From contig CAVNZM010000005.1 in NCBI GenBank assembly GCA_963693365.1, positions 2,408,342-2,472,341 of the forward strand: a DNA stretch of 64,000 nucleotides. Direction: 5' to 3'. Position numbers and translations under genes: made by a program. The DNA comes from Amoebidium appalachense. Lineage: Eukaryota; Protista; Ichthyosporea. The notes under the pieces were generated by a model. It searched no databases, was not told the origin of the DNA, and saw nothing but the letters and a program-made list of their open reading frames with translations. Each line of letters opens with the position of its first letter. The first letter of the stretch is position 1. Of this stretch, positions 13,201-25,693 are shown one piece after another.

Positions 13201-16200
13201 ACTCTTGGAAACGGCACGGAAGCTGCTAGAATCGGTCATCAACCAGCGCCTACTCTCGATCTTCCGGCAGTACCCCACCCTCCTCCCGGGAGGGAATTTT
13301 GGGTTCGTGCCGGCCCGGGTATCGACGGGGCGCTGGCTATCATCCGAGAGACGATAGAGGATGCCATAGACCACGACCAGGAACTATGGATCGTCCAACA
13401 GGACATTAAGAGGGCATATGACACGGTGTCTTGGCCCTCGGTGGAACTGGGGCTCACCCGCCTGGGCACAGACCCCCAGCTAATCACCCTCCTCCGGCAC
13501 ATGTGGCACAGTCGTACGGCCACGGTGTGCACAGACCAGGGGCACACTGAGTCTTTCCCTGTTGAAAACGGCCTGGCCCAAGGGGCTGTCCTCTCCCCCA
13601 TTCTGTGGATTATTTTCTACGATCCAGTTTTAACAGCCATCAAAAGGCACGGTAAGGGGTACACTTTCCACCTACCCCCACAGACACAGCACCACACACC
13701 GGCACAAACACCCCCGTGTGTGACGTCTGTAGCCTTCGCCGACGACACAACATGGTTTGGCCCCAACAAGGAGAGCATCCAGCAAACTCTCGATTTATCT
13801 GCCCCCTTTTTTTATTACCATGACTTGGAACCACACCCAGACAAGTTTTCAGTCCTCGCCCGTGGTACCCCAACACGGGCAACAGTGGCCCCCATGCAGT
13901 ACCGCAAATCCCCGGGAGCACCACCCCTACCCATTCAGATCGAGCTCCCCGATGCAAACATCAGAGTGCTAGGGGTCAACATCACCCTCCAACGACACAC
14001 CCGGCCCAACGATGGGAAGGCCATGCAGCTGACATTACGGGCCACCACCATACTAGCCCGTAAAATGCTGGCACCCAGCCAAGTGATCTACGTAGCCAAC
14101 AGTGTGGTGGCCCCGGCCATCCTCTTCCTCCTCAAAGGGACAGTCATCAGCAACACCACCATGCAGGCAATCGACAGCAAGTGGAGAGACCTACTCCGTC
14201 GGAAGTGTGGTTTCCACCGGAGCACCCCGTCCGGGCTGCTACACCATCCCACTCTAGGGGGACTGGCCAGCATCGTCGAATCAGCAGCCAGCACCATGGT
14301 TACGGAGCTGTGTGCCCTGCTGGAAACACCAGGACCAGCAGGGGACGTGGTCCGGTACCGAGCCTGGCAGCAGCAGCACGTGACAGGCCTACCCTACCCA
14401 CCCCTGCAAGCACCCCCAGCCAAACTTTACAGGCTAGGGGGAAAGCAGCTCCACAACTATTGGGCCCATATCACGGGGATCCTTCACGAGCGGCACCTGA
14501 GTATTGGGGAAACCCCTTCCCAAAAAACACAAGCACCCCCCACCCCACCCCCCCCCTCACCCCAAGGAGAAGGAGGGGAAGCAGCAACAACAACCAGCAC
14601 CCCTATCAACACCGTTTTCCCGGACCACACCTTTGCGGCCCACATCGGCCCCCACACACACCCCCGTCAACTCTACACGGTGGAGGACACCATGGTACGG
14701 CCGGGGGTGTTCCGGGCGTTCCCCGAACTGCCCCACCCCCCAGACCTACTACACCCGGGAGCTACACAGTGGTACAGGTCCATCATCAAGGGGGCCATCC
14801 CCATCGCAGACAAACTACGGCCAGCACCCAGACCACACACCCACCACACCATTGACCTCGTGCCAAACCACCCCGTCGGTGCATTCGTGGTGGAAATAGT
14901 CAAGAACGGGCAATACGAACTCAGCCAGGTGGTGGCCCACACCACCCACAACGGGGAGGCTTGGGTCAAAATAGCCCATCTACGGGACAACACAGAGGAG
15001 GAGGGGCTGAGATGGCACCGACCCACGTGGAACGACCCACATGGAACAGCCCATTTCCGTTTTTGCCCTGGTGACTGCAAATACGGCCACTCCCCATGGA
15101 ACCTAGCCTACACCCCGGCCACCCTCTCCCCCAACCCCGGGTACGCAGACGGAGAGGGGGAAGGGTTAGACACGGAGCCAGAATCGGAGTCGACGGGGCC
15201 CAGCGACGACTCCGACGACTCAGAGGACTCTAACACCGACAGCACCAACAGCAAACACGAGCCCCCTGAGCCCCCAGCCGATAATCACACCCACAACAAG
15301 CAGTGTGTGGGGTGGACCCGTGCTGTGGAGGTGATACGGGCAGACCCCTACGTGGCCTTCAAGACCCGAATCACCACCCACATGGTAGTCCCGAAGTACC
15401 ACAAGGACTTCATCAACACCGACAGTATCGACATCTACCAAGTCATCGCACTGAAGGATGGCTCCGATCCGGCCGAGCAGTGGAGGAAGATACACCATTT
15501 CCGGCGGCATCTTCCCCCCCACCAACAGGCATCACCCCAGATGCTCCACCTGCAAGCCAACGAGGAAGCCACACCCTTACCGGGGGACCTCCCCGGCCCA
15601 CCCCCCCCCCAGCAGCCACCACCGGTAGGGTCACCACCAGGACACAAGTGCACGGCCCACCCGGCTGACCTGCCGAGCCCACCCACTCCCCGTAGGCTCA
15701 CCTACACCGACTTGGTGCCCCAGGCAACCTATGACGAGTGGCAGCAGCAAATCACCCTGATCCCCCCAGACCAACCGATCACCGTTTACACGGACGGCAG
15801 CCTCATCCACCCGGGCAGGAGGATAGCCCAGGCCGGAGCCGGGGCGGTACTGGACACCCCGGACCGGAAAGCACCTCCAGTGACGGCCAAGACCAGGCTC
15901 CATACGGCCCTATCATCCACCCAAGCCGAACTCACAGGGGTACTACTAGCCCTCCTGCTCACCCCCACCACCACCCCCATCCACATCAAGCTCGATAACC
16001 TCGGAGTAGTCGACCGATGGACGGCAAATATAGACCCCACCACACCCCCTCGACGCAAGCTAAAGTTCCCCCACATAGTGGAATGGGCTCACGTACGAGA
16101 CCAACTCTCTCTCCGGCAACCAGGCTCTGTACAGGTATCGTGGGTGAAGGGGCACCAATCCAACACCAAACGGTACGGTCAACGGAATAACGAGGCAGAC

Positions 16201-17251
16201 AAGGCAGCCAATGCAGGAAGAGTCCTCCCCCTCCCCCCCCCCCTACCTCCGGCCCCGGGGGGGGGGGAAATACTTCCTACGACTACAAGGCCACCGTATC
16301 CCCGGCAACATTCCCGGTACACTGAACCGGTTGAACAAGGACTTCCTCACCGACATGGCCGGCAAGACCAAGGCTATGTCCATACTAGCCGACCCCAGAC
16401 TGCTCCCAGCCGAACGGAACCCCCTCAAGCTCAACAAGGGGCCCACACAGGCAACCATCGGGGCAGTCAGAGGAAACACTCGTAGCCTGTCCCTGGCCAT
16501 GGGCACCCTGCCTACCATGGCACGGCTACACCGAGATCACCCCACCGTCGTTACACAGCCCACATGCCCCCGGTGCAGCCAGCACCCTGAGACCACCACC
16601 CACCTCTGGGCCTGCCCGGCCCATGCCGGGGAAGTCCCCACCCTGACCACCGCCATCACAGCCTGCATCCACAACGTCCTGCACACTCGTCATCCAAACA
16701 CCCCCACGGCACAGCACCACCATACGGCAGCCACGGTGGTAGACCAATGTGCATGGATAAACTGGATAGGAGGCAACGGTGACCCACCTGACCCCGAAGA
16801 CACCAAGTGGGTCGAACGGGGATTCTGCCCACGATCGGTGGGCCCACTACTTGCAGCCACCGGCACCACCAAGACCACCACCCGGGCCATCTTAGGAAAA
16901 ATCACAGTAGAGTTGCAATCCTTTTTCTTTTCAAAAATTTGGCACCCACGGAACACAACACTCCCCCCCACCCACCCTAAAATGCAAAAACACCACCATA
17001 TACCCACCACCCGTAGAAAGAAAAGTATGGCTCTCCAAAAACCCCAAAAACCAACAAATACACCCCCCACACACACCCGGCCGGCCTGTTCTGAATGCCG
17101 GAACACCCACAGACCCGGAGTGCCCTGTAAAACCCACCTTTTAGTCCACAAAAACATCGCCACAACATACGCACACCAACACATAATGTTAGGCAGCAAC
17201 CCCCCACCACCACCACCACCACACCCCATCATCCACCCATACCCACCGTAA
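10280..17251 (+). CDS. ORF2-like polyprotein (Q/P repeats, RT, spacer, RNase H, CCHC knuckles) with two 1-nt frameshifts
   Basis: Joins track ORFs 10196-13357, 13426-16485 and 16211-17251. RT motifs: KAPGPTEI, RPIALLETARKLL, QDIKRAYDTV, GLAQGAVLSP, AFADD, RVLGV. RNase H motifs: VYTDGS, AELTG, KLDN, WVKGH, NNEADKAA. Knuckles: CPRC-x8-H-x3-C and CSEC-x3-H-x5-C. Shifts at ~13317 (short G run) and ~16260 (G homopolymer). No start codon or APE domain visible. Confidence 0.9.
10334..12510 (+). repeat. About 10 tandem 216-bp (72-aa) Q/P-rich coding repeats
   Basis: Units like DCSPGRPAQHGPPSRQHQQEPPSQQQQPQAAAPAGSPHRQPQQGPPSLQALPGPPSQQQPTTPTLQQLPAAA start near 10550, 10766, 10979, 11195, 11411, 11627, 11843, 12032, 12248 and 12470 (partial). 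Confidence 0.92.
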
Positions 17252-17530
17252 ATATTATACACAACACCTAGGACTTCCCAATACTGTAGATCGACCAATG
17301 AGAGCCCTCGGTTAACGTTTATTGCTAGGTTTGAATGGAGGGGAGGACTGGAGCCTCCTGCCGGCGTGGCTGGGGTAGTAGCCCTGGGCAAAGTGTGTAC
17401 TTATAGTTAGGTTGTGAAGGATGGTTTTAGCTTAGCTGAACTCATAGATAGCACCTTAACTAGTGTACTGTCGGTGCTGTGTGGTAGACGGTAGTTTCCC
17501 TAGAGGGCCTGAAAAGGCCCTCCGGGAACA
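17252..17530 (+). ncRNA. Structured retroelement 3' UTR (cis-acting RNA element)
   Basis: Helices seen by eye: GGAGG/CCUCC; GGGU-AGUA-GCCC; UAGUUAG/UUAACUA (17404-17410/17456-17462); UACUGUC/GACGGUA (17466-17472/17487-17493); GCACC/GGUGC pseudoknot; terminal GAGGGCCU-GAAA-AGGCCCUC (17503-17522). Several differences from copy 1 swap G-U for Watson-Crick pairs. Confidence 0.6.
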
Positions 17531-17545
17531 AAACGTGATAAAATA

Positions 17546-17603
<58 letters not shown>

Positions 17604-18167
17604 ATCATGCACACACACACACACACAATCATGCACACACACACACACACATTCATGCACACAAGCACGTGCACACACTGTGACACGCACACAGACACAT
17701 AGTCCCACAACCCCTCCCCCCCCCCCCCCCCCCCCCCCTCCACCTTCCTCCACCTTCTCCCCTATCGGCACGGCGGGATTCCCCATCCCATCCCCAGGAT
17801 CACATCCTCCTCTCGTGGGCATGGTCACAAAAATCATCGGGAGGGGCGAGGGGCTGGAGGGTGGGGGGGAAGGGGGGGGATTAGGGGGGGGAGGGGGGTT
17901 GGAGGGGGGGGGGTTTAGGGTAATCATTGGGTGGCCTAGGGGGGAGGGATGCCTAGGGCCCCCTGGAACGAACTCCGTCCTCTCCCCCCTGCCTCTTCTC
18001 CAATAAACATATACATCCGATATCCACATGTTTTTTAGCCACTCTTCCTCCTGTTGGGTCACGATGAACCGCACTAACCCACATTTGCATACAATGTCAT
18101 GCATTTTCGGAACAGGTTGTTACGTAATTTAATAAGCTATGTCGCAAGCCGCTGAGACTTAAGAGCC

Positions 18168-18198
<31 letters not shown>

Positions 18199-18459
18199 TT
18201 TCCCCCGGTCCCCTCCCCGTCCTCCGCAACAGGACCGCCTACCCCAGACTGTCACAGACTGGCACATACATTCACCCCGTGATATATGGTGGAACATTCC
18301 GTGTGGCATACATGCATGATATCTTCACCCTGGCACGCAGGTCACTGCATTTGGTAGATATATTGAGACACCGTCATCACTCTATATATTCTCCCGGCCC
18401 GCCCCCTCTCCGAAGTCACATGTACATATGCTCATATGCTGCATTATGGTACCGGCCTT

Positions 18460-19079
18460 TTTCCGGACTTTGGTGTTGTACACATCTAGCCGATAAGTGA
18501 CGACAGAACTCCTGAGTAGGCTCAGTCTGCTATGTCTGTATGTTCATTCAGCCAGCAACACTAACCATCTGGCCCATAGCCCAAAATATAGGCCGTGTAA
18601 ACCGATGGCTGTATGTGCTGTACTAGGTTTCCCGAATTTCATGGCCATGATAATATCAGATGATGTCCAACCACGGCCCAGAGTTATAGTAATTACCGTG
18701 CAGATAGCTTTAAACTACCTCGTTACTAGCCAATGTGCTATAGGCCGCATATATTGGTTAGGCACATGCTTTGAAAAGAAGCAACTTCTCAGGCTCTTAC
18801 TATATCATAGAAGTTACTACTGGTTTGTAACCCAGTGCCCCCCCGCTACTGTAGCAAGGCTGGGGCAAACACCCTGGGTTAAGTTTGTACTATCAGATCA
18901 CTAGTAAAGCTTTTTTATCTTAGCTTATCCGATTGCACCACTAACGCCCTACATAGTTACGGTACATCAGTCGGTGCTTAGTAGAAGACGGCAGATTCTA
19001 CGAGGGACCCCTTCGGGGACAACCGGGACAAGGGGCCCGAAAAAAAAGAAAAAAAAGAAAGAAAAAACAAAACAAAAAA
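18460..19079 (+). mobile_element. 3' end of a distantly related retroelement, or a SINE-like derivative, with an A-rich tail (copy 4)
   Basis: Shares ordered blocks with the copy 1/2 UTR: CCGGACTTT, GGCTGGGG..CCCTGGG..AAGT.TGTACT (18858-18891), CTTAGCT, GCACC, GTCGGTGCT (18970-18978), AGACGG, GAGGG, a tetraloop hairpin, CCGGGA, then an A-rich tail at 19040-19079. The 5' boundary is uncertain. Confidence 0.7.
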
Positions 19080-20359
19080 CCCACTGCAAAAACCCAAGCA
19101 GTATCAACATCATCAGTAGCACGCATGACGACTCAGACCAAGTCGGTGCCCATGATGGCCCCGGCCATTATATTTTCTGCCTCGTTTTCCGTTGAGCCAG
19201 TAACTGGAACTACCCCTTATTCCTACGCCCACTGTGGAACCAACCCAACCACACGGCAGTGTTGAACGATATTAGTTCTCATATGATCCGGTCAGTGATT
19301 TTTCTTGTGTGTGTGTACAGAGGATATTCTGATAGCGGCTACTCTTCCCCTAGATCTCCCACTCCTCCCCCCTTCCCCCCCCCCCCCCCCCCCTAACTCT
19401 CTCAGAGTCTCTCTTCTCCCCCCCCCCCCCCCCCCCCACCCCATACACAAAAACACACACCACACGCACACGTACACACCCACGCACACATCAATGACAT
19501 GCACAGACACACCACACACACACGCCAGAAGCTCCAAGCTGTCATTCTGAACCATGGGCCAAAGCGAGATTTACTAAAATCACCCGGCGTCAATTGCAAT
19601 GCACGGATCACCCTTACAGCCGAACAGCCACTCAGTGATCCCCTCTCACCATCCCCCCCCCCTCCCCCCCCCCCCCCCCCTCCCCCCCCCCCCCCCCCCC
19701 CCGTGGCCCCTTCCTCCCTCCCCATGAACCTTTGCATGTGGACATCTGCTACGTACCACATAACTAATGGATGCATGATGAGCCTCCTTCTCTCTCTCCC
19801 CCCCGTCCTCCCCCCCCCCCCCCCCCCCCCCCCCCTTCCCCCCTTCCCCTCCCCCCGCCCCCCCTCTTCTACCCCATCCCCTGATGTAACACCTGAGAAA
19901 CACCCACACGCTCCGAATCTGCCGCACTGCGCGACCGGTCCAGCTCCAGATTCTTCTGTTTACATGCGACTACCTATATGTGTAAAGGTGTGTTCTAGCT
20001 GCCTAACTCGAAACATTTTGAATATATTCGGAAATTGCAAGTTTATGCCCCTCTTTGCCCGCGCCCCCTTCCCCCCTCCCCCTCCCCCTCCGCCTCCCCC
20101 CCCCTCCCCCCCCCCCCCCCCCCCCCCCAACGGGGGCGTGTGCGCACACGCGCACATACAAAAGACATCTGTTGTACACACAACGGACATATTTGGGGAG
20201 ACTAGAATGGTTGAATATCGCCGTAAACTTCCGTTATGAGCCCCGCTTCCCTCATCAAACACCCCTTTTCATTGATCTTTTTTTAGCTCCCATGACCTGA
20301 ACAAGGGAAACTCCGCGATACTGTGTCATAATGACGACTCCCCCCCCTCTCCCGCCCCA

Positions 20360-20398
<39 letters not shown>

Positions 20399-20488
20399 GA
20401 AATTGAAAAGAACTTAGATAAAAGAAGAAAGAAAGAAAGGGCTAATCTGTTGAACATCATCTCATTGAGACCCCCCCCCCCCTCCCCC

Positions 20489-20519
<31 letters not shown>

Positions 20520-20739
20520 CAAATAATAACAACCACCCACCTAACCACACGGGGTCCCCACCCCTACCACCACCAACCCTGCTGAAGCCCAAGTGTTGCG
20601 CGCAGAATAAATTCTGATGGCCTAGATAGGATTTATGTTGTCCCCATCAAGCTTTCAGTGTAATTTTGGTGGGGAAGGGCGTGAACGGCAAAAGGGCAGG
20701 CCAGCCTAAGGGGGCGGGAGGGGGAGGAGGGGGGAGAGA

Positions 20740-20775
<36 letters not shown>

Positions 20776-21227
20776 GGGGTGTGTGTGTGTGTTGGGGGAG
20801 AGGGTTAGTCTTGACAACAATGTTGGCCTCAAACAGGCTTGGGAAAACTTTCTCCGAGGCTGTCGACTAGGTCCAAAGTCTCGGTCCAAGTTGCCCCTCC
20901 CAAAGGCTTTCTTTTCTGTCTTCGTCTTGCTCAATTACGAACTGTCTCTTGATACATAAATTTCTACCATCATCCGCAATTCATATATCAGATAACGTAT
21001 TATATTATTCAGCACCGACAATGCTCGGCCTATCATCGTCATTGCCAGGTCCTGTTCGTACCTGATTAAGGTGAGTGTTGCTGCAAAAACACACAAAAAA
21101 AGTCATGCAACTAAAAAGACATTCGATGATAAGCAGGAGGGCAATACTGGCCATGGAGGTGCCTGCAGCAAGCGTTGATCAACTCGGAGAGCCCAACTAA
21201 CACGCAATTATCCGCATATGCATGTAG

Positions 21228-21274
<47 letters not shown>

Positions 21275-21898
21275 CACCCCCTCCTCCCCGCCCCCTCCCT
21301 CCCTCCCCTCCGGCCCAGCCTCAGCCCAGCCCTCCGGATCCCAAAGTACATTTGAAATTTGAACCGTGTGCTTTATAAAAGTCTGTTTCCTTGCTCACCC
21401 GCAATATAGAAGAAAATGGCAATTGCTCAGTGTGATGCCGGCCGAGGGACGAAAAGAGGGGGCCCTGGGGGTGGCCCGGTGGGGGGGGGGGGGGGGGGAT
21501 CCGCGGAACAGGTGGGCCCGGGGCAGGACGTTTCATGGACTCCGGGACAGTTAGCGTGTGCCTACTAAGGATCATAAAGGATATGGGCAGGCTGGTATGA
21601 GGTAGGGACGCACTTTCTGATTGCTGACTCGATTGGTGCACCCCTAACGAGAGGGTCTAAGGAGGTTTTGGGGCGGTAGGGGCCAGTGGGAAGCTCAGGA
21701 TTGAAACACCAAGTCCAGACCCCATAACGGGAAGGTCCTGCAAAACCAACGGGTGTCTGGTAGGGCCATGGACTCTTTGGAAGCGACTGTGACCGCAGCA
21801 CACGCAGCGTGATTTCATAGCAAGGTGGATATAATCACATAAGTGATCACAGATAATAGTTGTATGGACTCGTATCCCCCCCCCCCCCCCCCCCCCCC

Positions 21899-24800
21899 TT
21901 TTTATTTTTTTATTTTTTTTATTTTTTTTTATCACGTTTTGTTCCCGGAGGGCCTTTTCAGGCCCTCTAGGGAAACTACCGTCTACCACACAGCACCGAC
22001 AGTACACTAGTTAAGGTGCTATCTATGAGTTCAGCTAAGCTAAACCATCCTTCACAACCTAACTATAAGTACACACTTTGCCCAGGGCTACTACCCCAGC
22101 CACGCCGGCAGGAGGCTCCAGTCCTCCCCTCCATTCAAAACCTAGCAATAAACGTTAACCGAGGGCTCTCATTGGTCGATCTACAGTATTGGGAAGTCCT
22201 AGGTGTTGTGTATAATATTTACGGTGGGTATGGGTGGATGATGGGGTGTGGTGGTGGTGGTGGTGGGGGGTTGCTGCCTAACATTATGTGTTGTTGTACG
22301 TATGTTGTGGCGATGTTTTTGTGGACTAAAAGGTGGGTTTTACAGGGCACACCGGGTCTGTGTGTGTTCCGGCAGTCAGAACAGGCCGGCCGGGTGTGTG
22401 TGGGGGGTGTATTTGTTGGTGTTTTGGGTTTTTGGAGAGCCATACTGTTCTTTCTACGGGTGGTGGGTATATGGTGGTGTTTTTGCATTTTGGGGTGGGT
22501 GGGGGGGAGTGTTGTGTTCCGTGGGTGCCAAATTTTTGAAAAGAAAAAGGATTGCAACTCTACTGTGATTTTTCCTAAGATGGCCCGGGTGGTGGTCTTG
22601 GTGGTGCCGGTGGCTGCAAGTAGTGGGCCCACCGATCGTGGGCAGAATCCCCGTTCGACCCACTTGGTGTCTTCGGGGTCAGGTGGGTCACCGTTGCCTC
22701 CTATCCAGTTTATCCATGCACATTGGTCTACCACCGTGGCTGCCGTATGGTGGTGCTGTGCCGTGGGGGTGTTTGGATGGCGAGTGTGCAGGACGTTGTG
22801 GATGCAGGCTGTGATGGCGGTGGTCAGGGTGGGGACTTCCCCGGCATGGGCCGGGCAGGCCCAGAGGTGGGTGGTGGTCTCAGGGTGCTGGCTGCACCGG
22901 GGGCATGTGGGCTGTGTAACGACGGTGGGGTGATCTCGATGTAGCCGTGCCATGGTAGGCAGGGTGCCCATGGCCAGGGACAGGCTACGAGTGTTTCCTC
23001 TGACTGCCCCGATGGTTGCCTGTGTGGGCCCCTTGTTGAGCTTGAGGGGGTTCCGTTCGGCTGGGAGCAGTCTGGGGTCGGCTAGTATGGACATAGCCTT
23101 GGTCTTGCCGGCCATGTCGGTGAGGAAGTCCTTGTTCAACCGGTTCAGTGTTCCGGGAATGTTGCCGGGGCTACGGTGGCCTTGTAGTCGTAGGAAGTAT
23201 TTCCCCCCCCCTGGGGCCGGAGGTAGGGGGGGGGGGGAGGGGGAGGACTCTTCCTGCATTGGCTGCCTTGTCTGCCTCGTTATTCCGTTGACCGTACCGT
23301 TTGGTGTTGGATTGGTGCCCCTTCACCCACGATACCTGTACAGAGCCTGGTTGCCGGAGAGAGAGTTGGTCTCGTACGTGAGCCCATTCCACTATGTGGG
23401 GGAACTTTAGCTTACGTCGAGGGGGTGTGGTGGGGTCCATATTTGCCGTCCATCGGTCGACTACTCCGAGGTTATCGAGCTTGATGTGGATGGGGGTGGT
23501 GGTGGGGGTGAGCAGGAGGGCTAGTAGTACCCCTGTGAGTTCGGCTTGGGTGGATGATAGGGCCGTATGGAGCCTGGTCTTGGCCGTCACTGGTGGTGCT
23601 TTCCGGTCCGGGGTGTCCAGCACAGCCCCGGCTCCGGCCTGGGCTATCCTCCTGCCCGGGTGGATGAGGCTGCCGTCCGTATAAACGGTGATCGGTTGGT
23701 CTGGGGGGATCAGGGTGATTTGCTGCTGCCACTCGTCATAGGTGGCCTGGGGCACCAAGTCGGTGTAGGTGAGCCTACGGGGAGTGGGTGGGCTCGGCAG
23801 GTCAGCCGGGTGGGCCGTGCACTTGTGTCCTGGTGGTGACCCTACCGGTGGTGGCTGCTGGGGGGGGGGTGGGCCGGGGAGGTCCCCCGGTAAGGGTGTG
23901 GCTTCCTCGTTGGCTTGCAGGTGGAGCATCTGGGGTGATGCCTGTTGGTGGGGGGGAAGATGCCGCCGAAAGTGGTGTATCTTCCTCCACTGCTCGGCCG
24001 GATCGGAGCCATCCTTCAGTGCGATGACTTGGTAGATGTCGATACTGTCGGTGTTGATGAAGTCCTTTTGGTACTTCGGGACTACCATGTGGGTGGTGAT
24101 TCGGGTCTTGAAAGCCACGTAGGGGTCTGCCCGTATCACCTCCACAGCACGGGTCCACCCCACACACTGCTTGTTGTGGGTGTGGTTATCGGCTGGGGGC
24201 TCAGGGGGCTCGTACTTGCTGTTGGTGCTGTCGATGTTAGAGTCCTCTGAGTCGTCGGAGTCGTCGCTGGGCCCCGTCGACTCCGATTCTGGCTCCGTGT
24301 CTAACCCTTCCCCCTCTCCGTCTGCGTACCCGGGGTTGGGAGAGAGGGTGGCCGGGGTGTAGGCTAGGTTCCATGGGGAGTGGCCGTATTTGCAGTCACC
24401 AGGGCAAAAGCGGAAATGGGCTGTACCATGTGGGTCGTTCCACTTGGGTCGGTGCCATCTCAGCCCCTCCTCCTCTGTGTTGTCCCGTAGATGGGCTATT
24501 TTGACCCAAGCCTCCCCGTTGTGGGTGGTGTGGGCCACCACCTGGCTGAGTTCGTATTGCCCGTTCTTGACTATTTCCACCACGAATGCACCGACGGGGT
24601 GGTTTGCCACGAGGTCAATGGTGTGGTGGGTGTGTGGTCTGGGTGCTGGCCGTAGTTTGTCTGCGATGGGGATGGCCCCCTTGATGATGGACCTGTACCA
24701 CTGTGTAGCTCCCGGGTGTAGTAGGTCTGGGGGGTGGGGCAGTTCGGGGAACGCCCGGAACACCCCCGGCCGTACCATGGTGTCCTCCACCGTGTAGAGT

Positions 24801-25692
24801 TGACGGGGGTGTGTGTGGGGGCCGATGTGGGCCGCAAAGGTGTGGTCCGGGAAAACGGTGTTGATAGGGGTGCTGGTTGTTGTTGCTACTTCCCCTCCTT
24901 CTCCTTGGGGGGAGGGCGGGGGGTGGGGTGGGGGTGCTTGTGTTTTTTTGGGGGGGGTTTCCCCAATACTCAGGTGCCGCTCGTGAAGGATCCCCGTGAT
25001 ATGGGCCCAATAGTTGTGGAGCTGCTTTCCCCCTAGCCTGTAAAGCTTGGCTGGGGGTGCTTGCAGGGGTGGGTAGGGTAGGCCTGTCACGTGTTGCTGC
25101 TGCCAGGCTCGGTACCGGACCACGTCCCCTGCTGGTCCTGGTGTTTCCAGCAGGGCACACAGCTCCGTGACCATGGTGCTTGCTGCTGATTCGACGATGC
25201 TGGCCAGTCCCCCTAGAGTGGGATGGTGTAGCAGCCCGGACGGGGTGCTCCGGTGGAAACCACACTTCCGACGGAGTAGGTCTCTCCACTTGCTGTCAAT
25301 TGCCTGCATGGTGGTGTTGCTAATAACTGACCCTTTGAGGAGGAAGAGGATGGCCGGGGCCACCACACCGTTGGCTACGTAGATCACTTGGCTGGGTGCC
25401 AGCATTTTACGGGCTAGTATGGTGGTGGCCCGTAATGTCAGCTGCATGGCCTTCCCATCGTTGGGCCGGGTGTGTCGTTGGAGGGTGATGTTGACCCCTA
25501 GCACTCGGATGTGCGCAGCGGGGGGCTCGATCTGAATGGGTAGGGGTGGTGCTCCCGGGGATTTGCGGTACTGCAGGGGGGCCACTGTTGCCCGTGTTGG
25601 AGTACCCCGGGCGAGGACTGAAAACTTGTCTGGGTGTGGTTCCAAGTCATGGTAGTAAAAAAAGGGGGCAGATAAGTCGAGAGTTTGCTGGA

Positions 25693-25693
<1 letters not shown>
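21899..25693 (-). mobile_element. Young 5'-truncated copy of the same retrotransposon in inverted orientation (copy 3)
   Basis: Nearly identical reverse complement of 13777-17540. Track ORFs 23171-25645 and 22219-23259 match the copy 2 proteins. It has an (A7-9T)n tail and poly-C runs on both sides (21876-21898, 25694-25724). Confidence 0.95.

Larger units (their letters stand above)
10280..17549 (+). mobile_element. Non-LTR retrotransposon with RT, RNase H and Zn knuckles; probably 5'-truncated (copy 2)
   Basis: Long ORF2-like coding region, ~290-nt 3' UTR and short A-rich tail. Flanked by (CA)n on both sides (10200-10279, 17550-17598). No LTRs. Confidence 0.93.

Noticed and set aside
16220-16270. 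Programmed ribosomal frameshift
   Set aside because: The shift lies in different homopolymers in copies 2 and 3, which points to sequencing or slippage indels.
17360-17395. HDV-like ribozyme (GCC-UCCUGCC-GGC...GG...GCAAA)
   Set aside because: No P1 or P2 partner strands were found, and copy 1 (GCC...AGC) breaks P3.
17452-17510. Twister ribozyme or tRNA-derived segment in the 3' UTR
   Set aside because: The twister loop motif and pseudoknots are absent, and there is no B box or cloverleaf.
21010-21020. Fifth copy of the 3' motif (CAGCACCGACA)
   Set aside because: It is an 11-nt match with none of the neighbouring blocks or the tail.
22016-22933. 305-aa ORF (and 16690-17391)
   Set aside because: These are antisense shadows of the retroelement 3' region.
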